NCBI RefSeq assembly: GCF_030028105.1
Contig: NC_092370.1
Span: 242,836,005-242,900,004, forward strand
Direction: 5' to 3'
Length of the DNA: 64,000 nucleotides
Source of the DNA: Mobula birostris
Lineage: Eukaryota
Position numbers and translations under genes: made by a program. Under the pieces are notes generated by a model. That model saw nothing but the letters and a program-made list of their open reading frames with translations. It was not told where the DNA came from and searched no databases. Numbering within the stretch: the first letter of the stretch is position 1; each line of letters opens with the position of its first letter. Shown in pieces: positions 1 through 12,872 of this stretch.

Positions 1-69
1 AGAATATTTGTTAAAGGGTTAGAAATCAGATGGTCTTGATGTTTAAAGTTATCCAAGAGTACTACAACC

Positions 70-457
70 TTGTTGTGGTTTGGAGGTTTGTATGCCTCAA
101 TGACCTGGAGTCAGGGCTTTGTACTTTGGTTCTTGGTAGGGTCACCGATGCCAAAGAGGTCAAAGAGTAGAGGCCAGACTAAGAGCGGTCCACCAGTCCT
201 TCAGGTTTGGGGGTTCAGCTCAGGGCTAACAACCCTGACTGGCAAAAAAAAACAATTGTTACGGAAACAGTAATGAAGAATCCTTCTACATCTGTGTGCG
301 ACAGTATACCTGAGTCTCCACCAGGGACTTGCATGACTGACAATAATGAAAACCAAGAGGAAACTACTGACATATGAAGGAAGCCCTGAACACTGCCAGA
401 GATAGAGGAAACTGCATTGTTGCCCTAAATGCTGGCAGCATAATGGGCAGTAATGAA
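70..457 (+). mobile_element. Non-autonomous RTE-type SINE, family A
   Basis: ~390 bp unit repeated at 7317-7690 (+) and 18853-19268 (-); RTE-like 5' motif ggtagggtcacc..atgccaaa..ggtc and 3' end gccctaaatgc..gcagtaa. Confidence 0.6.
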
Positions 458-519
458 TAACGGTGCTTAAAGTGAATCTGGTGAGTAAGTACGCAGTTAC
501 TGCAGATGCACCAAGTATA

Positions 520-1125
520 TAGGAGGACAAATGACATGTTTGTCTTTACTACAGAAGGGCTTGATTACAAGAGGAAGAAGGTCTTATTAGAATTATATCT
601 GGCCTTGGTGAGATTGTAAGTGGAATATTGTGTACAGTTTGATTTCTCTGCTTGAACAAAAACGTACTTGTCATACTGAGAAGTATTCAAGGTTCACTGG
701 ACTGGTTCCAGGGATGGTGGGCTTGCTTTGTGCTAAGAGACTGAGCAGACTAGAACTGACTTTCGAATATAGGAAAATGAGAGAAGATCTCATCAAAACT
801 TTAAAAATCCCTCTTCCAAGGCTTCGCAGGTTGGTTACAGACTGGATGTTTTCCTTGTCTGAGGAGTTCAGGACCAAGGTATAAGGTCTGAGTATCTGCC
901 AGAAATGATTGAGGTGAAAAAGTTATTCTATACTCAGAGTGGAGTCTTTGGAATTCTCTATGCACTGGAGGGCTTCAGATATTCTGTCAGTGGATTCACT
1001 CAAAAGGAAAGGTGGATATTTTTTGGAATATTAAAGAAATGAAGGGATAAGAGGCTATTGAGGAAAATGACAGTGAGGTTAGTCTTGATGTTTGATGAGA
1101 GGCGAAGAAGAGGAACACTGAATGA
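520..1125 (+). mobile_element. Degenerate CR1 (HER1-like) LINE 3' fragment
   Basis: Decayed ORF2 C-terminus (RLSRLELTFEYRKMREDLIKTLKI) followed by CR1-type 3'UTR. Confidence 0.7.
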
Positions 1126-1132
1126 CCTTTCT

Positions 1133-1398
1133 TCTTCTTCTTCTTCTTCTTCTTGTTCTTAAGCTCATCACCGCTACTGGGGCATAGGCTGCTCGTCAGA
1201 GTCCTCTGTCCCGGGCCAGTCATTCATATTGTCACCAGGTGTAGATCGTCTTCGAAGATCCTTGCTCTCCCAGGCATGAGGTTTCTGGAACTTCTACTGG
1301 CATTCCTGTAGCTCTGGGTTTTTACGGGGTGGGGTTGCTTGCTCCATGCCCAACCCTCCTCCTTTCACAGCCTGGCTTGGGACCATCCATGGCAGAGT
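1133..1398 (-). mobile_element. RTE-type short non-autonomous element with (AAG)n tail
   Basis: (TTC)n at about 1128-1158 is the minus-strand tail; gggttgggc..aaccccaccccgtaaaaac head; flanking duplication gaat(g/t)acctttc at 1120-1131 and 1400-1411. Confidence 0.6.
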
Positions 1399-2252
1399 TG
1401 AATTACCTTTCTCTGCTCCATTTTTTACATTCTTGTGTCCTGCTGTATGTTATAGTATCTTTCCATGAAAGGGAATAATATTGGCCATATTAACAGTCAA
1501 AGGATATGCAAACAGCACTAATTGATTAAAACAAGTTTTTTTTATTCTGATATTTAATAAACAATACTGTATATTAAATGACTAAAAGTATTTCTTCACC
1601 ATTTTGCTTTACAATAACTCTCATTGTCACAAAAATCTGACTATTTAGAAAAAAGAAAGTACATTTTGGACAGATTCCAGCATCTGCAGTCTCTCGTGTC
1701 AACATTTTGGAAAGGCCTCCTTCTCTCAATTTAATGGGATTTCTCGGAGCTCTAGGGCTTTCTTTTATCCGATTAACCTTTTCTCCACTCTTCTTGCTTT
1801 CTCTTGGATAAGGAATATGTATTTATTTGAATGATGCCAGACATATTGCAAACTAACCAAAGAATGGAAGAAAAGGCATTCGACAGAATTTGTCATTTGT
1901 CACATCAGCGATAACTAACAGAAGCAGTAGGACTTAGATCTTGGGTCACTCCCTCATCTGGTGAACTGCTTAACCCATTTACACTCATCTTTAGCAAACT
2001 GGAACCAGCTTAGAACAATGATATTGTAAGAAACTGTGAGTTTGTAAGAAATTTGTTTTCTTCTGTTTGAGATAAATTGGTTAGTGGCTGATTTGAAAGG
2101 ATGCACTGGGAAATTTTATGTAACCTCACTGGACAGTGCACTGCCAGAGAAAATTAAACATGAACAATGTGAGGAGATTCCAGCTTCAATGCTTCCAAGA
2201 TATTTTATTCGATATTGTGGGCAGGTGTCTTCTTGCCCTGAGTGGGATGACT

Positions 2253-2675
2253 GGCTCTGATGGCCCTGGGCCTGTACTCACCGGAATTCAGAAAAATGAG
2301 GGACGATCTCATTGAAACTTATCAAATGGTAAAGGCCTTGACAGAGTGGATGGAGAGGATGTTTCCTATGGTGGGGGAGTCTAAGACCAGAGGACACAAC
2401 CTCAGACTAGATGGGCATCCACTTAGGACAGAGATGAAAAGGAGTTTCTTTAGCTAAAGAGTCTGTGGAATTTGTTTCCACAGGTAGGTGTGGAGTCCAA
2501 GTCATTGGGTATATTAAAGGCAGTGATTGATAGATTCTTGGTTATTCTGGGCATGAAGGGATACAGAGAGAAGGTAAGAGACTGGGGCTGAGAGGGAAAT
2601 GGATAAGCCATGATGAGATGACAGAGCAGACTTGATGGGTCAAATTTTGCACCTATATCAAATGGTCTTTTGGTC
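2253..2675 (+). mobile_element. CR1 LINE 3' end
   Basis: LGLYSPEFRKMRDDLIETYQMVK...KTRGHNLRL motif plus 3'UTR shared with 7860-8300 and 21850-22240. Confidence 0.85.
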
Positions 2676-3499
2676 ATATGAAACTTGACTCAGTGCTGCC
2701 ATTTCTTTTCATCTCTTTCGTTCATTTATCTTGTTCTGTAGCCCAATTCTAGTGATCCTGTGATATCTGTCAGTGACAGGGCATTGCGGTGAGGAATGTA
2801 GCTGGTTGACTATCACAACTTGTGTTCTAGCTGACTTTATGTAAATCTGGAGTTAGTCATGGATTTGCTGATGACTTCAGATCATGCCTTTTTAGTTTTC
2901 ATGAAGTGCCTTTTGGCAAACTCAGATTTTATGGTGTCTATAAAATATATTAGTGAGGCTAAGAAGCTAGTATGCAGGTAGTAGGAAAATGATCCTTCTT
3001 GTGTTTTTTAATCTCGTTACTGAGATTCAGCGTCACTCAACCCTGTCACTCTGATCTGGCTCACGCCAACAATAACCTGGTCCAATACTACTTCCCTTTA
3101 TTGGGATCTTTTTTGTTTTATCATCTATCTTATTAAGAGTAAAATTTTATATCGTCGATTTAATTACTTTCTGTTTATGATGCTGAGATACATCCTAGTA
3201 TGTACCCTACCACCACTGAGGTGTCATCACTAGGACAGCGGGCTGTTTACTGTTTACTGTTTACCACTGCTGTGCACTACATTTATTAACTTTTGAGTTA
3301 TATTTATTCACTTATTTTGTGGTAATATTTTGTTTAATGGGCTGTGTGTGATATATGTTTTATGGCTGCGCCATGGTTGGGAGGAACATTGTATCGTTCA
3401 GTTATATATCTACAAACGTTTGTATATTTGTGTGAGTGTGTGCGCATGCATGTGCGCAGTCATATGACAATAAACGAACTTGAACTCTAATTCATTTAC

Positions 3500-3730
3500 A
3501 TATTTGTTGATTATACAGCGTGGAACAGATTCTTCTAGCCCTTCAAGCTATGACTAATAATGGGACAATTTACAATGACCAATTAAGCTACCAACTGATA
3601 CGCCTTTGGACTTATGGGAGGAAAGCTGGGTGGTGACAGGACGAATGTACAGACTCCTTACAGGCAGCACTGGAGATTGAACCCGCGTTGTCTGTGCGAT
3701 AGAGCATTGTGCTAGCCACTTTGCTACCTT
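3500..3730 (-). mobile_element. V-domain tRNA-derived SINE (HE1-like), partial
   Basis: B-box GGTTCAATCTCC and V-domain-like body on the minus strand; similar to many other copies in the window. Confidence 0.7.
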
Positions 3731-4079
3731 GCTGCTCAATAGCCAACTATCTACTCGGAAGGACATTAAAGGGTTACCTACATGGACTGGAAATGGAGCT
3801 ATATGCAGGCCAAATAAAGAACGGATGATAGCTTCCTTTCCCTAATCTCTTAAAACGCTTTGGGCTCATTAGGCTCAGCTCACACCTTGTAACAGCCACT
3901 GCCCAACCCCTGCTACCCCAAGCTGGCCCCCTAACCTTCGGCAATTAGGCAGCCCCTATAGTACAGCTGGTCCCCCTGCCTTGGATTAGTACCTTACTCC
4001 ATAGCCTTGAATCAGAATCAGGTATATTATCACTGACAGATGTCGTGAAATTTGTTCTGTGGCAGCAGTACAGTACAAT

Positions 4080-4352
4080 TTATTTATTGAGTTGCAGCAC
4101 AGAATAGTCCTTTGAGCTGCACCACTCACCAACCCCTGATTTAACCCTAGCCTAATCACGGGACAATTTGCAATGACCAATTAAACTACCAACTGCTATG
4201 TCTTTGGACTGTGGGAGGAAACCCGAGCACCCAGAGGAAACCCACACAGTCACAGGGAGAACATACAAACTCCTTACAGCCAGTAACATGAATTGAACCT
4301 TGATTGCTGCTACGGTAAAACGTTGTGCTAAGCACTATGCCATTGTGTCACC
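4080..4352 (-). mobile_element. V-domain SINE (HE1-like)
   Basis: Reverse complement of gtttgtatgttctccctgtgactgtgtgggtttcctctgggtgctcgggtttcctcccacagtccaaagac (V domain). Confidence 0.8.
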
Positions 4353-6942
4353 CTAATACATAAGATACAGAAAAAAATACTATAATTTTCAATAAAAATG
4401 AAAGAAACAAAATAGTAAGGTAGTGTTCATGAACTGTACAGAAATGTGATGGCAGAGGGGAAGCAGCTGTTCCCAAAACATTGAGAATGCATCACAAGTT
4501 GTCTGGGCGGACATGATACAGGCGGAATGCTGCACCATTACTTCCGCTTAGGTGTTTAAGTGAAAGCCTCACCTGCATCGTAGGAGATAACGTGGCACTC
4601 TTTGAAGAGCAGTCTATGGTCTAACACTGATCTCCGGATCATAACAGCATTCTTTATGGGACTTGTCCAGAACGGAAGCCCCATCTACACAATAGGAAAT
4701 CATGTGGAGCTCTTTGAAGAGCAATCTCTGGTCTAATAGTGATCCCTGGATCATAAATGCAATACTCATGGGACCTGTGCATAGGTCCAAAGCCCAATGT
4801 TTGTGAAAATGGGCCAGGCACTGGAGATTGGAAGCCTGATGTCCGAGAGACCGGGGCCAGGGACTGAAGACCCAGAGGCAGCCTGTGCTGGGGGTTGGAT
4901 ATCTGTCTGTGTGTATTAGTGGGAGCGTAGGAAAGGGGCTTGCTTTGTTGTTGTGGTTGTGGTTGCTGCTTATGGTGTTCTGCCTATCATCATGGGAAAG
5001 CAATTTTGGAACCCAATTGTGATGACACTTGTGGGAACATCCTTGTATGTGTTGGTTATTAACACAAACACTGTATGTTTTGATGTACATGTATGAGTAT
5101 TAAATAAATAAATCTCAACCTGAATCTGCAATGTGTCAAGAGAAGCAGATTGGAGGTAGGAGGGGGAATGTGACACTTCAGCCCAAGGACTGCCCTGAAG
5201 GCCTTTAGATTGTATTTCTCATGTCCTTGATGATCATACATATTGAAAAAGTTAAATAAAATACATTTTGAACATTGATTCTGGCATTACACTGAGGGGC
5301 CAGATGTGAAGTGCATCCAGATTCAGGAAGTGCTCCGGCAGCCACAAAACAAAGAAACACCATGGAACCTGTTCAAAGAAAACATCAATGCACAAAAAAA
5401 GAACAAATCATGCAAAAGGCAAAATATGAGTGAATAACACACAGAGTATTAAACGTTAAACCGCAGAATCCGCCAAACAGTCTAGGAGTGCACAGTTTAG
5501 TTCAGTTCAGTTTAGCACTGTGCTGTTCATTGACTGCAAGTGGCAAACCAATCACTTATTCTGGTCACTTAGGCCAAGGCACCAGAGAAAAGGAACGAAG
5601 GTCAATACCTTTTCTAAATGGCGAACTATTTCTCCAATGAGGCAGTTAAGAGAGATGGATGGCAGACAGATAGGAAGGGAATGTCCAATTAGCTGGAATT
5701 CCCAAGTGCAGAGGCACAGAATGAACTGGAGGTCATTCAAGATTCAAGATTGCTTAATGCCATTTCCAGTACACAAACGTAAAGGAGAATGAAATAATTG
5801 TTACTCTGAATCTGATGCAGCACAAAGGAACACAATAACATAAGGACATGATAATAATAAAAAACACAATAAATAGAAGTACGTAAGATAGCTTCTATAC
5901 ATAGATTTATTGTGTGTCCAGGCTGATCTGAATTCTCACATGGCTCCTGCCCTGAGCACTTCCTGATAGTAATATATTTTGAATCTTTGAATATGTTGCC
6001 ATGGGAGATCTAAAATTGTGATCTCCAGGTCATCAGACCAAGATGAAGATGCCCAACTAAATGATTGGTAATTGCAACACCACATCACCAAGTTTGCCAA
6101 TAACTTGTTTCATTAACTTTCATTAAAAGTTTATTAGAAAGTAAATGAAATTTCACCCTTTCATCTGAAAAATATTAGATGAGATTTTTTTTCTTTCTGC
6201 AACGCGTGGGATAATCATAAAACTCTACTCTCATAAATCACAAATCACATAGTAGCAGATTCATGTGATTTCTTCGATGGGAATTTATTATTCGAGCAAA
6301 CTGGAATTTTGCCTTGAAGGAGGAAAATTAAATCCTGCAAGGTTTCATGCAAAAAGCCCACGTTAGTTTGAGGAATGATATATTTATCAAGATTAAATTA
6401 TTGGTAGCAAAATGCTCATCTCTAAATGAAGTTCTGGAGAATGTTGTCCTGGACTTAAACTAACTTGCAATCCTTTTCCCTTTCCCATCCAAAAAAAACC
6501 CTACGCCCCTGCAGAAATGATGATGATGTCTCTTTAAATCATAAAAAAGTACAGTATTGCCTATTTTCAACTGGACTATTCCGAGATATAAAAAACAAGA
6601 GGGTAAGATCAAGGAGAAAGCAAGTGTTGTAATCTATTTTCTCAACTAATGTTGCGAACAAAATTAAAGTCACCATACCTATTAGAACAAAATGAATAGG
6701 AAGTGCGGATTACAATAGGAAAAAAGGCGCTTGTTTGAGGCAGAGCAGATTGACTGAGGCGTTGGAAGGTCTGCTTTTCCTCCACGCATGCTGTAGCTGC
6801 CTTGGCGTGCTGTCGAGAAGCTGGCTGCGCTCAGCTGGTGGCGGTATTCTTGGCTGTAAAAGCAGTGCTTGCCCTCTGCCACTCACGGGGAGCAATTCTG
6901 TTGAACTGTCTCATCGTGACATTTTCATCATCAATCTCTTCA

Positions 6943-6954
6943 TTAGCAGCCTGG
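6943..6954 (-). CDS. Putative terminal coding exon (PGC-stop) of candidate secreted-peptide gene; 3'UTR would run toward AATAAA at 6284-6289 or 6130-6135
   Basis: Strong acceptor cttgtgctctctgtctgtag| in unique, CpG-containing sequence. Phase 0 gives CCA GGC TGC TAA; an alternative phase-2 reading gives QAANEEIDDENVTMRQFNRIAPREWQRASTAFTAKNTATS* ending at 6831. Confidence 0.4.
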   Translation of the reverse strand, partial: PGC

Positions 6955-7257
6955 CTACAGACAGAGAGCACAAGCAGGCAGCAGCCCTTTGTCACGTCGT
7001 GAGGAAGTACCAGCTTTAGAAGCCTTTCATGTACTTTGTGTTGCTGCTGGGTTAGGGTTTGGTCCAGGCTGCAGGGAATTAGGGAGATGGAGGGATGTCG
7101 TGAAGGAAACCTATGTTACTGGAAAAAGTAGACTAACAGGCAATACAGACAACCACTCCCCCTTTCAAAAAGCCTTGCAGGTTAAACAAACATAATCTCT
7201 TCCACTTACCTTTTTCCCACTTATTGCACACTGATATACAGTCTATCCCTTTGCTTT

Positions 7258-8300
7258 GAAGAAGGCAAATGCTATGTTAGCATTCATTTTTAGAGGACTA
7301 GAATATAAGAACTCGTAAGATTTGGAGGCTAGTATGCCTCAGTGACCCTGAGAGCTATGTTGGCTGGGGTTGGGGCTTTCTGCTTTGGCTTTTGGTCGGG
7401 TCAGTCATGGCAAACAGGTCAAGGGGTAGAAGCCAGACTAAGAGTAGTCCACTGGTCCTCCAGATTCTGAGATTCAGCTCAGGGCTAACAACCCGGACCG
7501 GTAAAACTAAATTGTTGCTGAAACAGCAATGAAGAATCCTTCTACATCTGAGTGCGACTGTATTCCTGATTCTCCACCCAGAACTTGCATGGTGGCAGTG
7601 GTGAAAACTGACATGAAGCCCTGAACACCACCAGAGATGAAGGACCTTCATTGCTGTCCTAAACACAGTGGTGTAACTGGCAGTAAGCAAGAATATGAAA
7701 GCAAGGCTGTAACGTTGAGGCTTTATAAGGCACTGGTGAAGCCTCACTTGGAGTATTGTGAGCAGTTTTATGCCCCTTATCCAAGAAAGGATGTGCTGAC
7801 ATTGGAGAGGGTTCAAAGGAGGTTCCTGAAAATGATTCTGAGATTGAAAGCTTATCATATGAGAAGTGTTTGCTGGCTCTGGGCCTGTACTAACTGGAAT
7901 TTAGAAAAATGAGGAGGGTTCTCACTGGAACTTATCGAATGTTGAAAGGCTTCAACAGAGTGGGTGTGGAGAGGATGTTTCCTATGGTGAGAAAGGCTAA
8001 GACCAGAGGACACAGCTTCAGAATAGAGGGATGTCTATTTACAGAATGGAGATGAGGTGGAATTTTTTTTAGCCAGAGAGTCTGTGGAATTTGTTGCCAC
8101 AGGCAGCTGTGGAGGCCAAGTCACTGGATATATTTAATTCAGAGGTTGAGAGATTCCTGATTTAGTCATGGTGTGAAAGAATATGGGGCGAAGGCAGGTG
8201 ACTGGGGCTGAGAGGGAAAATGGATTAGCCAAGATGAAATGGCAGAGAAGATGATGGGCCAAGTGGCCTAACCCTGCTCCTACATCTTATGGTCTTATGG
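7258..8300 (+). mobile_element. CR1 LINE ORF2 C-terminus and 3'UTR, interrupted by SINE family A
   Basis: LRLYKALVKPHLEYCEQFYAPYPRKDVLTLERVQRRFLKMI; tcttatgg repeat tail at about 8285-8300. Confidence 0.9.
7317..7690 (+). mobile_element. RTE-type SINE family A nested in CR1
   Basis: Homologous to 70-457; agaatat(a/g)a duplicated on both sides. Confidence 0.7.
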
Positions 8301-8594
8301 ACATGCATCAGCCTTTTAATTAAGTGGCAATATTTACATTTATATGAATTGAAATTTGTTAGAAATAAATATATCACAAGAATATTATATTGGTCACCTT
8401 TCTTTCTGGTTTATTTTAGCTAAGCTCAAGAATGCCAGAGCAATATAATATTCTCTTGATATATTCCTGGTGAAGACAATTTGATGTATGTGTAATGTTA
8501 CCACTTAAACCTAAGTCTGGAATGGGAATCTCTACATGTTCATTACTAATATTTCCAATGTTTGGTCATCCTTAATTTAGTGCAGGATGCATTC

Positions 8595-10545
8595 AGATAT
8601 TGCTAGGAGATGTAAGGAAGACTATCAAAATTTGCAGAGGGATCTGGTCCAGCTGAAAAAATGTGCTGGACAATGGCAGATGGAATTTAATGCAGACAAA
8701 TTTGAGGTGTTGCACTTTGAGTGGACAACGCAGGTAGGATTCACACAGTGAACAGTCGGGCACTGAGAAGTGCAGTAGAACAAGGGGATCCATAATTCCC
8801 TGAAAATGGCATCACAGGTAGTTAGGGTCATAAAGGGAATTTTTGGCACGCTGACTTTCATAAATCAGAATATTAAGTACAGGAGTTGGGATGTTACGTT
8901 GAAGTTGTACAAGATGCTGATGAGACCAAGTTTGGAGTAGTGTGTGCAGTTGTGGTTACCTACAACGTTTGTAGGAACAGGAAAGATATCAATAATATTG
9001 AAAAAAGTACAAAGAAAATTTACAAGGATGTTGCAGAGTCTTGGGGATCTGAGACAATAGTACTACTTATGTCATTTTGCTGTTTATTGATTACAGCTCA
9101 GCGTTCAACACAATTGTACCCTCAGTTCTAATCAACAAGCTCCTAAACCTGGGCCTCTGTACTTCCCTCTGAAAATGGATGCTTCAATTCTTCACCAGGC
9201 GACCCCAGTCTGTGCAGATCGGAATTAGCATCTCCTCCTCACTGACTATCAGCTCTGGTGCACCTCTAGAATGCGTGCTTATCCCTCTCTCTACACCCAC
9301 GGCTATGTGGCTAGGCACAACTCAAATACCATCTGTAAGTTTGCCGGTGACACAAATATTTTTGGAAGAATTTCAGATGGCGATGGGGATGTATACAGGA
9401 GCGAGATAGATCAGCTAGTTGAGTGATGTCACAGCAAGTCTTGCACTCAATGTCAGTAAGGCCAAGGAGTTGACTGTAGACTTCAGGAAGGAGAATTTGA
9501 GGGAACACACACCAGTCCTCATCAAGGAATCAGAGTGGAAAGCATGAGCAGTTTCAAGTTCCTGAGTGTCAACATCCCTAAATATCCATTCTGGGTCCAA
9601 CATATTGATGAAACTGGAAGGAAGGCATGGCAGTGACCATTTTTCATTAGGAGTTTGAGGAGGATTGAGGACCAAAGACACTTGCAAATTTCTACAGATG
9701 CACTGTGGAGGCATTCTCACAGGCTGCACCACCATCTGGTATGGAGGGGCCACTGCACAGGATCAGAGAAAAGCTGCATGGAGTTGTGAACTCATCATGG
9801 CCACTAGCCTCCCAGCATGGAGGACAACTTCAAAAGGCAATGCCTCAAAATGGCAGCATCCGTCATTAAGGACCCCATCATGCAGGAGATGCCCTCTTCT
9901 CATTATTGCCATCAAGGAGAGGGTACAGGAGCCTGAAGACACACACTCAACATTTTAGGAACTGCTTCTTTCCCTCCACCATCAGATTTCTGAATGGACA
10001 ATGAACAATACCTCAGTATTTTCCCTCTGTTTTTATACTACTTATTTAATTTAACTTTGTTATATATACTTCTTATTGTAATTTATAGTTTTTTATTACT
10101 TTGAATTGCAATATATTGATGCCGCAGAACAACAAATTTCATGACATATGCCAGTAACGTTAAACCTGATTCTGAGTTATAGGGAAAGATTGAATAGGTT
10201 AAGACTTTTACACTGGAGTGCAGATTGGAACGAGTGGAGATTTGTTTTCGCACAGAAAAATATTTACCACCAAGACTGGGCCTAGAGGTCATAGGTTAAA
10301 GGTGAAAGGTGAAATATTATAGTGGAACTTGAGGGGAAACTTCTTCACGCAGAAGTGGTGTGAGTGTGGAACAAGCTGCCGGCAAGTTGCGGATTCAATT
10401 GCTGCATTTAAGAGGGAAGTTTGGAAGGGGATGGAGAGCTATGCTCCAGGTGTAGGTTGATGCACCTAGGCAGAAGAACAGTCTGGCATGGGCTAGATTG
10501 GCCGAAGGGACCATTTATTTGCTGTAGTGCTCTATGATTCTATGT
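8595..10545 (+). mobile_element. CR1 LINE 3' fragment split by a Rex1 insertion (CR1 parts about 8595-9052 and 10175-10545)
   Basis: WQMEFNADKFEVLHF motif; CR1 resumes at ctgag|ttatagggaaagattg after the insert. Confidence 0.8.
9053..10174 (+). mobile_element. Rex1/Babar-clade LINE RT fragment and 3'UTR
   Basis: RPQSVQIG..SSSLTISSGAPLECVL; GGILTGCTTIWYG; tail aaacctgattctga. Confidence 0.8.
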
Positions 10546-10649
10546 GAATGGGCAGATACTGTAGTTTCTAATGGAAGGTAGGGGCCAAAAGGGAACATTG
10601 TCTCCTTCCGCAGCTAACTATAAGAATCTCAGAAAAAGGTTGAGCAATT

Positions 10650-11740
10650 TTAACTCCCCAGCTTCCTAATGTACTTCGATACTTGCAACTGGGTCCTCGA
10701 TTTCCTCACTTGCAGACCAAGTTAGTATGGATTAGCAACAACACCTCTTCCACAATCACCATCAGCACAGGCACACCACAAGGCTGTGTGCTTAGTCCCC
10801 TGCTCCACTCACTTTCTTATGATTATGTGGCCAAGTGCAGCTTCAATGCTTATTTAAGTTTACTGATGACACCACTGCTGTTGCTGGTAGCGAATTTGCA
10901 TATAGGAGGGAATTTAAATTCTGGTTGAGTGGTGCCACAATAACTTCTCACTCAATGTCGGCAAAGAGCTGATTATCAACTACAGGAAGAAGAAGCACGA
11001 GGTTCATGATCCAGTTCTTATTCGGGGAATGGAGGTGGACAGGGTTAGTAACTTTAAATTCCATGGCATGTGAGATCAGCACATAAGCGCCCTTACAAAG
11101 AGAGCACGACGGCGGCTGTACTTTCTGGGATATTTGCATAGATTCAGCATGTCACTAAAAGCAATGACAGACCACTAAGGATACATAGTGAAGGGTATCC
11201 TAACTGGCTGTAGCACAGCCCGTTAGGGAAACACCAATATGCAGAAATGCAAAATGTTGCAGAAAGCGGTGGATACAGCCCAGTCTATCACAGGTAAAGC
11301 CTTCGCTACCATTAACACACCTACGTGGAGCGTTGGCGCAAGAAAGCAGCATCCATCATCAAAGACCTTCACCATCTAGGCCATGCCCTCTTCATGCTGC
11401 TACCATTGAGCAGGAGATATAGAAAGCCTTGGGTCCCACACCACCAGATTCAGGAATAGTTATTAATCTACAACCGTGAGGCTCTTGAACCAGCATGGAT
11501 AACGGCATTCACACTGCTCTGAACTGATTCTACAACCTACAGGCTCACTTTCAACAATTCTTTACAACTCACGCTCTCGGTATTATTTTTATTTGCAGAG
11601 TTTGGCTTCTTTTGCACACTGGTGTTTGTCACTCATCGTCCAAATATAGATTTTGTCAAATTCATTTCTATGTTTTCCTGCAAGAAAATGAATCTCAGTG
11701 TCGTATATGATAACAAATACGTACTACTTAAATAAAAAAA
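10650..11740 (+). mobile_element. Rex1/Babar-clade LINE RT fragment and 3'UTR
   Basis: TITISTGTPQGCVLSPLL motif and C-terminal SIIKDLHHLGHALF; characteristic 3'UTR. Confidence 0.85.
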
Positions 11741-11749
11741 AATTAAATG

Positions 11750-12065
11750 ACACGTTAGCGTAGCAGTCAAAGCAATGCCAGCAATCGTCAACTGGGTTTG
11801 AATCTCACTGCTGTCTGTTAATAGTCTGTAATTTCTCCTTGTGATCACATGAGTCTCCTCTGAACAATTCAGTTTACTTCCACGTTCCAACGATGTATGG
11901 TTCATATTAGCGAGGTGCGGGCATGTTGTGTTGGCAGCAGAAGCACTTGTGGGCTGCCCTGAGCACAATCCTCGAATTGCGTTGGTCATTGATGCAAAAT
12001 GATGCATTTCACTATAGTTTTGATCTTTTGATATATGTATGACAAATGGCTAATTTTTAAAATAA
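11750..12065 (+). mobile_element. V-SINE-headed repeat
   Basis: tRNA-like head (gggtttgaatctc) with V-like body; its 3' half is shared with about 5000-5120 and 17350-17460. Confidence 0.5.
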
Positions 12066-12310
12066 TCTCTCTTTGTACTTTGAAAGTAGAATGCTCATTG
12101 GGAGGACACTATGTCATGAGCTCCAAATGGCAGATTCTCAGTGAGGTGAGCAACACAGTTAGAGAGGCTGCCTTGCAATTCCACAAGCAAGGTTCATTCC
12201 CAATGCCCAGTATAGTCTGCGTGGGATTTGCATATTTCTTCTCCAGCTATACAGGTCTCCCATAAGGAACCTGTATTCTTCCCGCATCACAAAGATGGTC
12301 AGGTTAGTGA

Positions 12311-12490
12311 CCATCCCCTACTCCATCCCCCTCCCCTACACTCACACCCTCCCCTACTCTCACAGTCTCCCCTACTCTCACACCCTCCCCTACACTCACA
12401 CCCTCCCCTACACTCACACCTTCCCCTACACCCACACCTTCCCCTACACCCAAACCTTCCCCTACACTCACACCCTCCCCAACTTTCACA
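12311..12490. repeat. 18-bp minisatellite (CCCTACACTCACACCCTC)n, about 9-10 units
   Basis: Direct tandem repeat, seen as PYTHTL repeats in ORF 12295..12555. Confidence 0.9.
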
Positions 12491-12855
12491 CTGTCTCTTA
12501 TTCAGAGCACAAACTTGTGTGTTATTGCAATTGGGGAGAGAAGATGCAAGTCTGAGCTATGAAATGCAACAATTGAATATTTGGTGTTACTTCAGTTTTG
12601 ACATGTAATACTACACCGGTGATCTAGAACTGGATCAATAAGACATTTCATCTGTAAAGTCAAATTATTAAGTTCCCCGAATCCTCTACCAGTCAGGGAT
12701 ATCAGTCCATGGAAATGCAGCTAAGGGAACTGAGTGTGTGGTCGGTGGGATTCCTGTTTGGCATTTAAGCTCAGTTTCTGCCCAGTGGTTTAATTGTCAA
12801 TTATTCATTTATGTGAACATGAAATCATGTATCTGTTTACCAAGCAGAGTCTTAC

Positions 12856-12872
12856 CATTTCCCTGCTCATTG
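12856..12872 (-). CDS. Putative 17-nt micro-exon ((A)MSREM)
   Basis: ccactaagcttctgcag|CAATGAGCAGGGAAATG|gtaaga in unique sequence. Confidence 0.4.

Noticed and set aside
6735-7019. Plus-strand 94-aa ORF with a GPCR TM2-like IFIINLFISSLA stretch
   Set aside because: No ATG start, no other TM segments, and the splice signals favour the minus strand.
12228-12608. ORFs with PYTHTL / HPPLHS / VGEGVS repeats
   Set aside because: These are translations of an 18-bp minisatellite that is open in several frames; there is no exon evidence.
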